A stretch of DNA of 64,000 nt from Ptychomitrium polyphyllum (lineage: Eukaryota), in assembly GCA_973851085.1 (NCBI GenBank), contig OZ316775.1, forward strand, positions 4,030,001-4,094,000. Direction: 5' to 3'. Below, piece by piece: positions 1 through 13,728 of this stretch (within the stretch, counting starts at the first letter, position 1; each line of letters opens with the position of its first letter). Under the pieces are notes generated by a model. That model ran no database searches. It was not told the origin of the DNA and saw only the letters and a list, made by a program, of their open reading frames with translations. The translations under genes and the position numbers were made by a program.

Positions 1-133
1 AATAGGTGAAGTAAACCTCTCTGCAACAAACCGAACATCTGACGTAAACTTCAAACTACCATTAAAGTGACAAAGGGTCTTCAACTGTGATTGCTTAATA
101 GTGTTGTGCACATGTGTAGGATGAATTCAACAT

Positions 134-3100
134 TCAACCTATAAACTTGGGATAGACATTGCGTTTGGCTTTCACTAACCTGCAATGAAGAAATGGGGTG
201 GGACTATTGTCGTTACTGTCCGCAGCGTGCTCCGTTTTTTTAACATGTTTCCGACCGTGAAAATGGGAGCGCATATCAGCGTCAGAAATGCACTTGACGT
301 TGCATACCCTGCAAAATTCAGTACACATATTAATCAATTCGGTTTCAACTTTAAATCTCACAGGACTGTCACTAGATCAACGGGTGTTATCTGGTTGTGG
401 AATGCACACGAGATTAGAACTACCAAATGAAAGAAAATCGAATGAATGAAGACATGTCCTGGAATTTTAACGCCACTTCTTCATCGTGGACCGGTGCATT
501 CACATTTTGAACCGATTTCAATTCTTGATTACCCGCAGGCATATGAAGGGACGACTGGTCTGCTCTCTGTGGGCTGCTTCGCTTCCATCGGGACTTCCTG
601 AGTTTGTAAGTCCTTCTTCGTGTCCTTCACAGCTTTCGGAGATTTGACGTTGCATGTCCTGCACAACGCATTGCATTTATTCATCAGATCAAACTCCCAG
701 ACCTAAATACGAAGAAACTCTTTGCTTGTTCGTTGTGCGTATTTCTCGTCGAAGTGGACACCAGAGTGAAATCGACCAAAATTGTATGTTAAAAAAGCTG
801 TGGGATCTCTAAAATCAAAACATACAGTTCCCATTGTAGTTAAATTCGACCACTTAAATAGCAGTTTGATCAAGCTCTTACCCATCGGTATGCGGGTAAA
901 ATATGACCGCTGGGATAGGATGGGTTTGTGCTGAAACCTTCGTATCCTCAATTGCTTCTTGCTTTCGAGCAGCGCCCTGATTCCATACATTCAAATCCTT
1001 GAGATATGTTCCTTTATATTGCCTTAGGGCAGTTCAATTCATCTCGACTTGCTCGTGACTCTTCCAAGTCTCTTAGTGCAACATTTTTCGACTTCTGGTA
1101 TGTCCCAACACATCATTCACATGAGTCAAGTGCTCAAGCTAGGAATTGAGAGAATCATCAAGGCTTCAATACAGTATAAGAGGTAAGTAGAACATGTTAT
1201 TCAATTACTTAAGTATAACTAACCTAAATCTTCATATAAAGTTCAAGTTCTCGAGAAATTTGCAACGCCAAGCAACACTAATTAGCACAGAGCAAATTAG
1301 CTTGCCTTCTTCTCCTGTATCACCGAGGGAAAATACGCATGCGTGTTTGCTTGTGATGTCACAGGAGGGGTAGAGATTACAGTCGTCTCGCGCAGCGCTG
1401 GGGGTCTATACCGATGCTGAAGATGCTGTACGCCTTGTACTGGATGCGCTTCGCTAGGGACTACTACACCTCCGGGCTTGTTACTCGCAATACCATGCTG
1501 AGGCGTCTGCTCTGAAAGTTCAAAACTTATCACCTCTGAGACATCTTTCTTGAATTAGTATCCAACAGTAATCACTTCTGCTTCTAACAGAGAAGCAACC
1601 GTATGAGAAGTTTGTTAGAAGACTAGGGTGAAGCGCCAAATTAGGGCGACGAACATACCGAAGCTGTGATCAGGTTCCCCAGGACCAACATACTCTCTCG
1701 CAGCAGCGACTATCCTGAGGGCGTCCCCTGGCAGAATACCTGCATCCTCGACCAGATCCTGCTTCATAGCCAGCTTGAGAACCTCGACCGTGTCGTAGTG
1801 CTTGTCGAGAAGCTTCACCAGGCACTCGCTCGCGCGTTCGATGTCAAAGCCCTCAATCCCCTTCAAGAACACCCAGACAGGATTCCGCATCTGCGTAGAA
1901 GTCGCCTTCTCAGGGAGCTTGGCCAACATGCCTTCGCACTTTCGTAGCTGAGCAGGGTCTGACATCACGAAATCCGCGTGATACTGTCGAAGTTTGGAGA
2001 ACATAAGGGAGAACACGATCAGAAACATCAAGCAAGGCCACAAATCTAGGCAACATAACAAAAAATTCCCCATTCAATTCGATCCACCCTATCCTGGGAA
2101 CACATGAAACCTAGAGCTTTTGATAATCAATCTCTTCTCCCATGTGCACCGATTTCTCATCCTAGTTTGGCAGCGACGCACAACTGCATCATGCTTCTTC
2201 CTGAGTCCTTAAGTTTGTAAAGAAGTGGAAGGAGAACCGACAAAGAAGAAAAGCCAGGAAAGTGACCCACTTGCAAATGCTAACAGGAAGAATATGAAAC
2301 GGTATGACACGATAAGCAGGATTGTGAGAGCAATACCGATAACATCGTGAACTTCACAATTTCTCTTCGCAAGGCAATAAAATATGAGCCGTATGTCGAA
2401 TACAGCCTCTCTAGAAGAATCAAACTTGGAAGGTACTCAATTTTGGTGTGCAGTTAAAGATTTTTCTTTTAAGGAAAGGGGAATTTCTAAAAGCGAAATA
2501 GACTAGCGAACTTAAACCACAATTGCTCTGCGCACATCCATGCGGCCTCATGCACTAGTCTAGAACCCTGCACAACTGGCGGTAGCAAGGAGGTCGATGG
2601 GAAGGTTGGTCTTATCACCAGGTCTAGTGCCTATTGCAAAGATGGCACTGTTATGTTCGTTGGGCTGCTCAGTCGAGGAACGCGCCTGCAAGGAAGTGAT
2701 GCTCGACTACAGTGGTTGAGGATTTGGTACAAAGAACCACATGGGCAACAGAAGCTCCGTCACCGTGGAAGCAAGCTACAAAGCGTAGGCTTTGGTAGGG
2801 GTGATGCCATTGCTACCGATCTGCTTGCCATTTGGATGTGTGCTGTGAAGCCAAGTTGCGGGGCAAGAGAGTGGAGTAGTTTCATACTCCTCACAAAGAA
2901 CTGATATTAAAATGATATTATTTGAGGCGACTCGAATACATAGGCCATTAATGTTAAAGAAAAGTGTATCTGTTTGCAGACATAGAACTTTAGAAGATTT
3001 CAAAGGCATGTAGTACCATGTTGTGATTTGCAGTATACAAGCGCCTCATGACTAGAGTTTGTTGTTCCGTGACGCATGTCCGGTACCTCGCTGGGAAGCG

Positions 3101-3690
3101 TTACCATGAAGTATCAATTCGCCAAGGCTGAAAGTCGTATACCAAAGCGAAAAAAAATTGGAGACTAGCACTAGTGGATCAGAATTTCAGAAGTGCTTTG
3201 TTCAAGACAATCGTGTCGCTAAGTCATTAATTGACTAGCATGGGCTTTGCTGAAGCATCCGAATCGTAAGGATAGCAGAAGGCGGCGTCTGCTACCTGCA
3301 ATCTGCAAGTCTTATTCAAAGAAATCTACTATATAAAATCACCTGTACGGCCTGCAACTTCTGACAGTAAACGCAAAAGATTCGTCCACAGCCGCGTTGG
3401 CGAATCCTCTAATCGTATTCTTCATCTGAGGCCAGTCCTGTGTGCATAGGCCAGTGGGCTGAGGAGGGAAAGCAAGCTGAGGAAAACTGGGCTGATTCGG
3501 AAGGATAGTGGACTGATGAGGAACAACTGGCCTGGAGGGAACAAAGAGCCTAGAAGGAACAGACTGGAGGTCTCCTTTATATTTTTCTTCATCTGAAACC
3601 TCTTTTACAAGGGCCTGATCCCTGGTCCCCTTGAAGTGCATGACGAGGTCTATCTTCCCGGAACACTTGATGTCCCATAAGCTGAAAGAT
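134..3690 (-). CDS. Multi-exon gene or decaying gene with matrin/U1-type (zf-met/JAZ-like) C2H2 zinc fingers and a SAM-like domain; probably continues beyond the left edge
   Basis: Intact finger FCRVCNVKCISDADMRSHFHGRKH (ORF 134-361). Degenerate fingers FSLWDIKCSGKIDLVMHFKGTRD (3339-3707) and LCRTCNVKS (~640-670). SAM-like helix pattern LKLAMKQDLVEDAGILPGDALRIVAAA (1615-2073). Plausible GT/AG boundaries at ~1658, ~1512, ~702 and ~532. Exon joining is tentative. Confidence 0.5.
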
Positions 3691-6600
3691 GCTACATAAA
3701 TATACAATCATGTAGACGTGTGGCCAATGCATATATAGACACTCAACGGATACCCCTGGCATACCTCAAATCCCTCTAAAGTCTCGAAACTCAGGAGGGT
3801 CCCAACTGCAGGAATTAAATCCAACCAGCTAGGAGCGAGAGCACTGATGAGATTTAGGTGAACTTCTATCTCAGAGTTTTTCAAAATTCCTGTTCTAAAT
3901 CAGCATACTTCTAAGTCCATATTTCTTAGATACATTTTGATAAGATGCAGCAAAGGGAGGACTGCTGTTTGATGTGCTGGAACCATAAAGTCAAGCAAAT
4001 TGGTGAATATGGGATGTTGTCCTTAAAGCAGCAGCTCTCCATAAATTGGAACACTAAATTGGAAAACCATTGTAATGCACAGATTTTAATAAACAATTCA
4101 ATTACTGGCATATTGCAAAGTAAGTGGTGATTTAAGGTAACATTATGAGCAGAAGCTCATAGCATATATTACAAATATTAATCAAGCTAAATAATACTTT
4201 TGGATCTTGAAGAAATCTCACTTTTGAAATTTATAATAATTCCAATACTTGAAATAAAATTGTCAAAAATTTACATTCATCATGAAATCTTCTTTCCTAT
4301 CACTGCATATTTTTGTTAGCTTTATAGTGATCATATGTAATTTCCAAAGCTGTCTTGTAGAGTCTACAAGTATAATTCACAATTATTTAATTACAACAAC
4401 CAAAAATAGTTCTTCCATACATCAATGTGCACAAAACACAATAAAGGCTAGTGAAACAACAATCCATCTTTAATACACACATTAGATTACAAAAAGAACC
4501 TTTTCATGCACATGGATCCAATGCTTTCAAACTATTACCATAGAGAGAACATTGAAAAACTTTGTGAAATAGAAAAATAATTTGGATTTGGACATTGGAT
4601 AACAAAATTACATCCCTTGTAAGTATGCTAATATCCATAAAGTCCTTTCTAAAAAAGAAAGTTTTGCAAATACACTTCAAAACCTATTTTTGCCACAAAA
4701 TGAGTTTTGGTGGGCCAATGAAGAGCATGGTCAAAGAGCCTAGGATTTTAGACCTCATCAATGCTAATTGAGCTCTCTTAATTCAATCTTTTGTTTTGCT
4801 TTAAATACCTAAAGCTCTCTCAAATGGAAGGTGCTTTGATGCTTGTATCATATATTGTTGAGGATTATTTATAAGAAAAATACTTTTAAAATACAAAATT
4901 AGGACGTTGTATTTAACAAATACTTCTAATTTAAACGGAATTCAAATTTTAGAATTAAATAAAGCTTATTTATTAAACTATGCAAAGTCATTTAAGTGAT
5001 CTATAATTTTATAATGACTTAATATACTTTGAAGATTAATAAAATTGCAATTGAGTTGGTTAGGAAAGAATTTAATTTTCAATAACACAAAGATAATAAT
5101 TTGCAATTGATTTTCAACTCCTACAATTAGTAACTTGCACATCAACTTATATCAATTATTAACAATGACTTCAAGTAGTGGAAGTCATGGATACTTAGTT
5201 ATACTTGAATATGATAAAAAAAAAATTGGTAAAGAAATAAAGTTGTTAGATGTAAAACAGACAATGCACTAGTTAAAAATAGGCTTTTATGGATATAAAA
5301 CCTTTTAAAGGTATTCTTACAAAAGTCTAAAACTTGTTCATAGGTCAGTCCATTAAATCATTCCAACAATTAATAAATACCACTCAATGCATGTACAAAT
5401 ATCTAAATTTCATTTCAAACTAACATAGAATAAATCTGAATATAATCCATCATTTTCTTAAAAAATGAACCATAAAACTTACTTTCCTTTCCATAGCCAC
5501 CATAAATTCATTTGCATCTAACCTAATTCTATTTCCACCATTTTTCACCCATGTCTTACTTCATTTTGTTTTTGGTGGTTTTTGAATACATACTTGGTGG
5601 TTATTATTTCTTTCATAGAATTATAGCTAATATACATGGAAAAAAGGTGGTAATAAACTTGATATACTACAATTTGAAGTTTAAATTTACTTTTTATATG
5701 TGTAGACAAATAATAAAATAAAACTTTTTATAAATTGAATCTAAAAGTTAATAATTAAAAATGTGAATCAATCTTATTAATTTGGACTTTTATTTTAATT
5801 TTATACATAGTCATAAATATTATATAAAATTCATTTCAATTAATGATTTAGTATTTTTATTTTTATGAATAATTATAATTGTAATCAAAATATTATTATA
5901 CAATTAAAAAATGAAAAATATATGTATCTATGGCTATTTATGTACAAGGTATAAATTTTATAAATAATTTTTCTTAAAGAACTAAATATTTCACTAAAAA
6001 CATCTTTATATTCTTTTTATAATTTTTGGTGTATTTTTTAAAAATGCAATAGGAAGTTTTAAGGACTATTTTGATGATTTTATAAATATTTAAATTTTAG
6101 TATGCTATTTTAAGATGGATCTTGATAGCTGATTTTTTAATATATGGTCTACTAAATAGATAGTTTTAAATATTTAAAAAAAATAATAATTTAATGCTTA
6201 CATTATAAGGTTTTCAACAGGATAGAAATAATTTGATGAAGTTCTTTATAAATTATTATAAAACTCAACAACCATTATGCATATATGTTTATAAATTTCA
6301 TCTATTAAATCTAATTTTATAGTGGTTATAGACTTGCTTATTTTAAAGCCTTTATTCCATTTCTAAGACTTTAATAATTTTGAAAAGAGATAAATTTTAC
6401 ATAATATAAATAAATTTTATTTTTTAATTTATTATCCTATACTCTTATTAGCTTTTGCAAATTATAAATTGCATAGCAATGACAAACATTATGCATGGTT
6501 TTTAAAAATTATAAGAAATATGCCTCAATTGTATTCTATTTAAATTAAATCTTGTTATCTTTCTTTCAACAAAAGACTTCACATTATAGATTCTTTTAAC

Positions 6601-9339
6601 AAAATTTAAAGTTTTTATTTGTTTTTTCAAATAAATAATGATAATATAATGCAATAATATGAAATACATGTAAAAAATAGATATTAAAGCAAATACAAAG
6701 ATCTTTGGCTGTAGTTTAATTTTTTTTGTTTTATCTATTACAAACTTGTAACCATTAAAGAATATATAAAATATTGCAATTGTTATTTTGTTGCCTGATT
6801 TTCAAAATTTAAACAATTGCAAGACAATATATAGTAACTTTAGGCTAATAGAATTTCTAAAATTAATAATAAATGACTATATTAAAGATCTAAAAAATAA
6901 CTAAGGATGGAACCAAATTCCTTAAAATAAAAGATTATAATATTTAAAACTTTAGAAGATATTGTAGGTAGTTATTATGTATTCAAACTAATTAAATAAT
7001 AAAGCCTTGGTGCTTGCACAATAATTTGAGAATATTTAGTGGTTTCAAACCTTAAATTCTTACCTGTATATGGCAAGCCAATAATATTATTATTTGGATG
7101 CAATTGTGTATTTGTTTCTTTTATTGAAAGTTTGGAATGTGAATATAAGTTGATTAATAGTGAATGATTAAGAATGATCACAATATAATGCTACAAGGGA
7201 ATGTATGTACTAGATTTGAATATGCATTAAACTATAATGAAAGAACAAGTTAAATTTGCAGTGATTGCTTATTGTTTTAAGGAATTGCAAAATTAAAAGT
7301 ATGCTTGAGTTGATTTCTATTTTGAGTAAACTACAGCCTTTGGCTATTTGGTGATGGTATTGGAATAAATGAATAATAATATGTTAGTTATTTTCATGGC
7401 TTTTATTAAGAAAAAATAATAATAAATTTAATTTATGGATTATAGCATGAAGCCTATGTAGATTGAAGCAATCATGAATCACAGTGAATGCAATATTTAG
7501 TCAATAACTGTGAAATCCATCAGTAATTTAAGGTTGATAAAAAAGAGTGATTATTGAAAAATTAAATTACCACAAATTTCACAATAATATGTTTATTTAA
7601 TGTGAAGATTGATTTTATATATTATGTTGGAATTATTTATAATTCTGAGTAACTATGTGCTAATGTAGTAATATCCATATTAATTGATCTTGTTTATAAG
7701 GAGACTGATTAATTGTTATTAAAATAACATTACAATTTATTTTTATAAAGATTAATAGTTATACTAACATGCTGTTGTACTAAGGGAAGGAAACTTGAAA
7801 TATACATTTGAATGTATGGAAACTAGTGCTCATTGATGAAACATATGTATAATAAATCTTGATTTTTTTGTCAATAAGTTTGTGTAATTGATATTAAGCC
7901 AATTTTGGTCTAAGTTGTGCATCATTAATTTTATTCCATTGTATTGATATGTTTTTTTAGGAACAAATTAGTCTATGAATTTATCAATATCCATTAATGT
8001 TATGTATTTGCTGTATACAAATAGTATGGTAAAACATATATTTTTCTTATAAATTTTAATTAATATGTAAATTTTTATCATTTATTTAAGAAATCTATAG
8101 AAATTATAAAAATATCCAGATTCAATTTGTGACATACAATAAGAATTTTTTTTGAAAACATCACTTTAAAATGTATTTTATGGAAGATCCTTTAAAGCTA
8201 AACATACTTTTTCAAAAGATCTTTTAAAGTAAGATAATATTTTATGTCAATTTGATTCAAATTATTATCAATGAGTTCAACAACTATTTTAATCATAAAT
8301 CTATAAAATAATTCATAATGATATTATTTGGTAATAGCACAAGATTAAAAATTGAGCAAGTATATTATTTATAATTGCTAAAAGCTTATGTAGAATATTT
8401 ATAGCATCCCTCACAAAGTTTCTTCTTTTCTTTTCTTGTTCTTTGACAAGTTGGAATAAATCTTATATAGTTATGAACTCCTTATCAAATAGAAATAGAT
8501 GAAATGCTAAACAAGCTCTTAGCAATCAAGGTATCATTGATAGGTACCATTTTGATACTCTTTGATAAATATGAGAGTTTAATTACTATAGTATGATTTA
8601 ATAATGCTAAGCATTTTTAAATCATTTAGTATAGTAAATACAATATCAAATGCTATTAGTAGTTTAAAATCAATCAAAAAAGAATTTAGATTAATAATAA
8701 TGAAATAATAAACCTTTTCATTTAGAAATAATGAACTATAGTGGAAAAAAATTCATAATTTTTTAAATTGTCTAAAAAATGTAATTACTAATAATAATCA
8801 TTCAGACAATGTAACTCATATGTCATAGCTTTTCATAACTACTGAATTAATATTAAGCATTTCACATTAAAAATTCTTTTTGAAATATAAGTTTAAAAAA
8901 TTTACATTATATAAAACATATCACTAATTTTTGCAAAACATATTGATTTTATTTATATATTTAATGTATGTCTTTTAAAAACTATAACTTTTAAAGAAGA
9001 TTGAAAAATTGAAGAAAAAAATAGAAGATAAATTATTTTTTATATTTCATTAAAAATTCAAGTGATGAATGAAATTTAAAGATATAGACTAAAATTTTAA
9101 TGAATTAGTCTTAACATTCTCTAAATCATTCTATGATTTATTTTATGATCAGAATAATGTTTATTTATCAATCATTCAATGAATGATATTTGTCCATAAT
9201 TGTCCATAATTGTGCAATAATTAACTCTTATTTTTACTTGGTATCATCTTTTAATTGAACAAGTATTCTTTGATAGATTAAGCCAAACAAGGCTAATTTT
9301 TAAATTTAATAAATACCAACTACGCAATCATTTACATTA

Positions 9340-9725
9340 AGTCACGGATATAGATTATAAATTAAAAACTTTAGAACCTTCTAGGACCTTCTAGTCCATT
9401 GTAGTGGCTTCTTAAAATACTTTCAATACTTCTATAGCCATTCCAATCCTTAAAAAACTTCTTAAAAAGGTTCCATAGATTTCTACAACATTCTTAAGCT
9501 TCACAAGAAGCGTCTTTAGAAGTTACTAGGAAATACAAGTGTCATAGTATAAATAGGACGCAAGATAAGGTATACTTTAGTCTTGCCAATACAAGTTGTA
9601 TATCATACAATATATCGTGCCCTTGTTCTAGTGTTTGTATGAGTTCTTATTAATGATTTAGTCTTTTGGAAGCTAATTTTTGGAAACCACTTTGTGTTTG
9701 CTTCTTGTTTCTTCAATGCCTAGCA
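9340..9725 (+). repeat. 5' LTR of the first gypsy element
   Basis: Starts (A)GTCACGGATATAGA, matching TGTCACGGATATAGA of the other LTRs. Ends ...CCTAGCA, followed by GTTTGGCAAGACTAC. TATAAATA at 9548-9555. Confidence 0.85.
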
Positions 9726-12700
9726 GTTTGGCAAGACTACTCTTTATCTTTGTCAGAGCTAAGGTTTCTTTGAAGAAGATAGTGGATTATTCATTTTTTT
9801 TAGGATTCCATAGCATTTTAGAGGTTGCGGCTTACCTTCCTATAAGCTTACACCATAAATTGATATCTCCTACTAAAACCAAATACTAATTTTTTTGAAA
9901 AAAAGTTAATCTTTAAAAAGACATGGACTACCCTTTTTATGAAGGTGTTGATAGTCTTCTAATTTCTGACAATCTCAAGTATGTAGATTTTCTTCTTGAA
10001 AATATGGATGGTCTTTGCAAGTTGCGGATTACTTTTTTCCAATCTAATTCTTTGTTTTCTCCGTCTTCTTCTTCTTTACATAAAGTTTATTGGTTTGAAT
10101 ATGGATAACGTTCCAGGAATATTAGAGGCTAGATTTGCAACTATTGCAAATCTTTAAAAGTTACTAAACACAATTCAATCGAAGCTTGTTTCCTTCAATA
10201 CCACCAACAAATTAGAGCAACACATTTGTCTGAAGAATCCAATGGTGATATTTGGAGTCTATATTAAGTTATTCAAGATGCCAATATTAGAAGAATATTT
10301 TTACATCAATACCATGCAGAGCCAAAGATTAATATGCAAGACAAGTTTGATGGATCAAAATAAAAATTGAACGACTTTGTTCAACAAGTAAGGCTCTTCT
10401 TCAAATTGCATCAATTTTGCTATTATAATGGCACTACTTAAGTGGAATTTGTAGCCACTCCTTTATCAAACAATGCACTATTGTGATTTGCACCATTAAT
10501 GGAGAAGAAGTCACCATCATTGCACAACATAGATGTTTTTATGGAAGTATTGATATCTATCTTTGGAGAAATCGATCGAAAGAGGGTGGTTGAAACAAGA
10601 ATTTAAAGTCTACAGCAAAAACAATGCTTGGCTGCTACATATGCTGCAAAGTTTTGACAACTAGCTTGCGACCTTGATTAGAATGATAAGGCCTTGGTCA
10701 TACAATTCTAATAAAGCTTGAGTGAGAATGTGAAGGATTTATTATTCACAATGCCAAGGATTGATACGTTGAATGAATTCATCACTTAAGCAATAGCATG
10801 TGACAAGATTATTTAAAAGGCGCCAAAAATAATGCTTGGAATGAGGGCCGGTACATCAAGGCATGGCAACAACTTTGTCAAAAATATTAAAAAGGCAACC
10901 TCAAGGACCTGAATCTATGCAAATTAATGTTGTTCAATTTAAACGTTTAATTCTAGAAGAAAAATGAAGATGTTAAAAAAAAAACTATGTTTGAATTGTA
11001 ACAAATCTAAACATAAAGTACGCGATTGCCAAATCAAGGGATCTCCCTTTAAGGCTTGTAGCACAATGGTGGAGTTGAAAAACAAGGATGTCTAGTCACA
11101 GTAGGAACCATGCAATTGGATGTCACAAAAAAACGACTATCAAATTTAGGTCGCTTATTACTTCTAATTCCTATCTCTTACTTTATGTTTCTTATCAAAA
11201 TCAAATTGTTAAATGGTGAAATATTTAGTAAAGTTTTTTTGGACACTAGTGCAACGACATGCTTTATGGACAAGGATTTTGCAACCAAATACCACATAGT
11301 ACTGGTGAACAAAAAACTTTCCAAATTTATTGAAGCTATCAATGGAGAATTTCTTGCATCTAGTAATATTATTGAAGGAGCTTAGCCTTTGGAGGTTGCT
11401 CTAGGAGTCTAAGGAGCTAAGATTGTCTTTAATATCATTCAATGCAAAACAAAACTTCTTGTCTTGAACCTTCTATGTTTTGAATTACAAGATTCAAACA
11501 TTGAGTGGCATTCACAAAGTTTGGTCTCAAAAAAAATACGTTAAGGTACAAAAAATCTTTGACCATCATTTATTAGGGTTAAGGCATTCATGAAAGCGGC
11601 AAAGAATAGATTATTCTATGCCATTTAAACCACGCCAATGTATGGTTGTGTACAAGAAATTAATCAAAGCATATTCCATCAATACTAAGATTATAAGGGC
11701 GTGTTTGAAAAGATGAATGTAGAAATATTACCAAAATACCGGCCTTACAATTGTGCCATTAAGTTGCAAGAAGGAGTTCTACTACCATTTGGATCTATCC
11801 ATAACTTATCATAAACCAAGTTGATTGCTTTGAAAGAATATATTGATAAAAAACTTAGAAAAGGTTTCATCCAATATTCCAAATCACTTGCTAAAGCACC
11901 CATGCTGTTTGTAAAGAAGAAGAATGGATCACTAAGTATGTACGTGGACTATTGAGGCTTCAATAAGGTAACAAAGAAGAAGCGCTATCCTTTATTATTA
12001 ATCTCACAACTCCTACAACAATTTGGCCAAACAAAGGTCTTCACCAAGATTGACCTTAAAAGAGCCTAAAACCTTATATATATAAAAGAAGGGGACAAAT
12101 AGAAGACAACCATTCAATTTAGTTATGGCCATTTTAAATACAATATCATGCCCTTTGGCCCTATTAATGCCCTCCAGACTTCTAATATATGAAGAATGAT
12201 ATCTTCTATGAGCATTTGGATAATTTTGTAGCCACTTACTTAGATGATATTTTGATATAATCGAAGGATGAACAAGACCGCAAATATCACGTGCTATTGA
12301 ATATAGAGAAACTATGCCAAAAAGGATTATATGCCAAATTAAAAAATACCTTTTCATGAATCCTCGATTGAATTTTCGGCTTCATCATTTCCAAAGGAAG
12401 AATTCATATGGATGAAAAGATAAATAAGCACAGTTATTAAATGAAGTACGCCAAAATCAATCCAAGATATTCAACGCTTTTTGGAATTTGGAAATTTCCA
12501 CAAGATATTTATCAAGGATTATTCTAAAATTGCGGCACCATTGAATTTACTTACGGGAAAGCAAAAATTCTCTTGGAATGAAGAGGCAAAGGAAGCATTC
12601 CAAGGCCTTAAGAAATCATTCACAACGGCTCCAATTCTTATGCATCAAAATCCATCAAAACCATTATATATGGAAGCGGATGCCTCAGACTTTGCGCTTG

Positions 12701-13305
12701 ACTGAATACTCTTACAATATAACAAAGACGGAAGATTCCATCCTATTGACTTTTAGTCAATGAAGTTCTCAGCAGCAAAGATCAACTATGATATATATGA
12801 CAAGGAGCTAGTTGCAATTGTGGATGCGTTTGAGGAATGGCGACATTTGTTAGAAAGAGTTCAACGTATCAACACAATATATACAGACCACAAGATCCTT
12901 GAATATTTTATAAGTTTGCATATTTTAAATTGCCATCAAACAAGGTGGAATATGTCACTTTCCAAATTTGATTTTGTTATTATTTATTAATATGGTAGCC
13001 TATAAGGCAAGCTAGATGCTCCATCTAGAAGATCTTATCTGGCTTCTAAATTTAGAGATGACGTTTTGGATCAACAAAGAACTATTTTGTTGAAGCCTCA
13101 AAATCTTCAATGGAAAGCAACGATTATTTAACAACATTCCATCTTAACGAAATTTGGAGGGTTTTGAAGAGTGATGTTTTAGTTTCAAATATGAGGAGGC
13201 TGCTCAAAGACAACATAGATCCTTCAAATAGTGATGAAGACTTCGAATTCTAAGTGGGCCTATTTTACCATAAAGAACTTTTGTACCTACTTATAGGATC
13301 TTTAA
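9340..13305 (+). mobile_element. Degenerate, 3'-truncated Ty3/gypsy (chromovirus-type) LTR retrotransposon: 5' LTR, gag, protease, RT, RNase H; no integrase or 3' LTR
   Basis: LTR 9340-9725 is homologous to the LTRs at 21819 and 27605. Gag EPKINMQDKFDGS-like motif and CCHC knuckle (~10990-11030), protease LDTSAT (11110-11385), RT YLDDIL (~12237-12254), RNase H EADASDFA and NYDIYDKELVAIV. Many stops and frameshifts; homology ends at ~13305. Confidence 0.93.
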
Positions 13306-13675
13306 CAAATAAAAGGCCAAGTTTATTTGAATAAACTGTTCATAGAAGTCAAATTGAATAACAGTTCTATGAATTTATTTGTATTTGATGATGGTTGCTA
13401 ATTGAATAATTTTGATGGTGAATATTTAGTTCGTCAAGTTTTAGAAGTATAGTTTATTTGTAGTATCTGAGAGTGTTGGACAAAAAATAGGCAATCACAT
13501 ATGTGTCTTGAAAACTTATAATGTATGGTTGGAGATTGTGATGCCAATCTTGGTTATGAAAAATAAGAATTGTGATAGATTTGTAATCAAATTGTAATAG
13601 ATTTTATAATTATTACTATATCTTATGCAGAATTTGTTGAAATGAAGTAAATAAAAAGTAGTACACAAAGCCTAT

Positions 13676-13728
13676 TCCATTCCAATAATCCATTCCAATA
13701 ATCCATTCTAATAATCCATTCCAACAAT
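13676..13728. repeat. Short tandem repeat, ~4 x 13 bp (CCATTCCAATAAT)
   Basis: Seen directly in the sequence. Confidence 0.85.
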
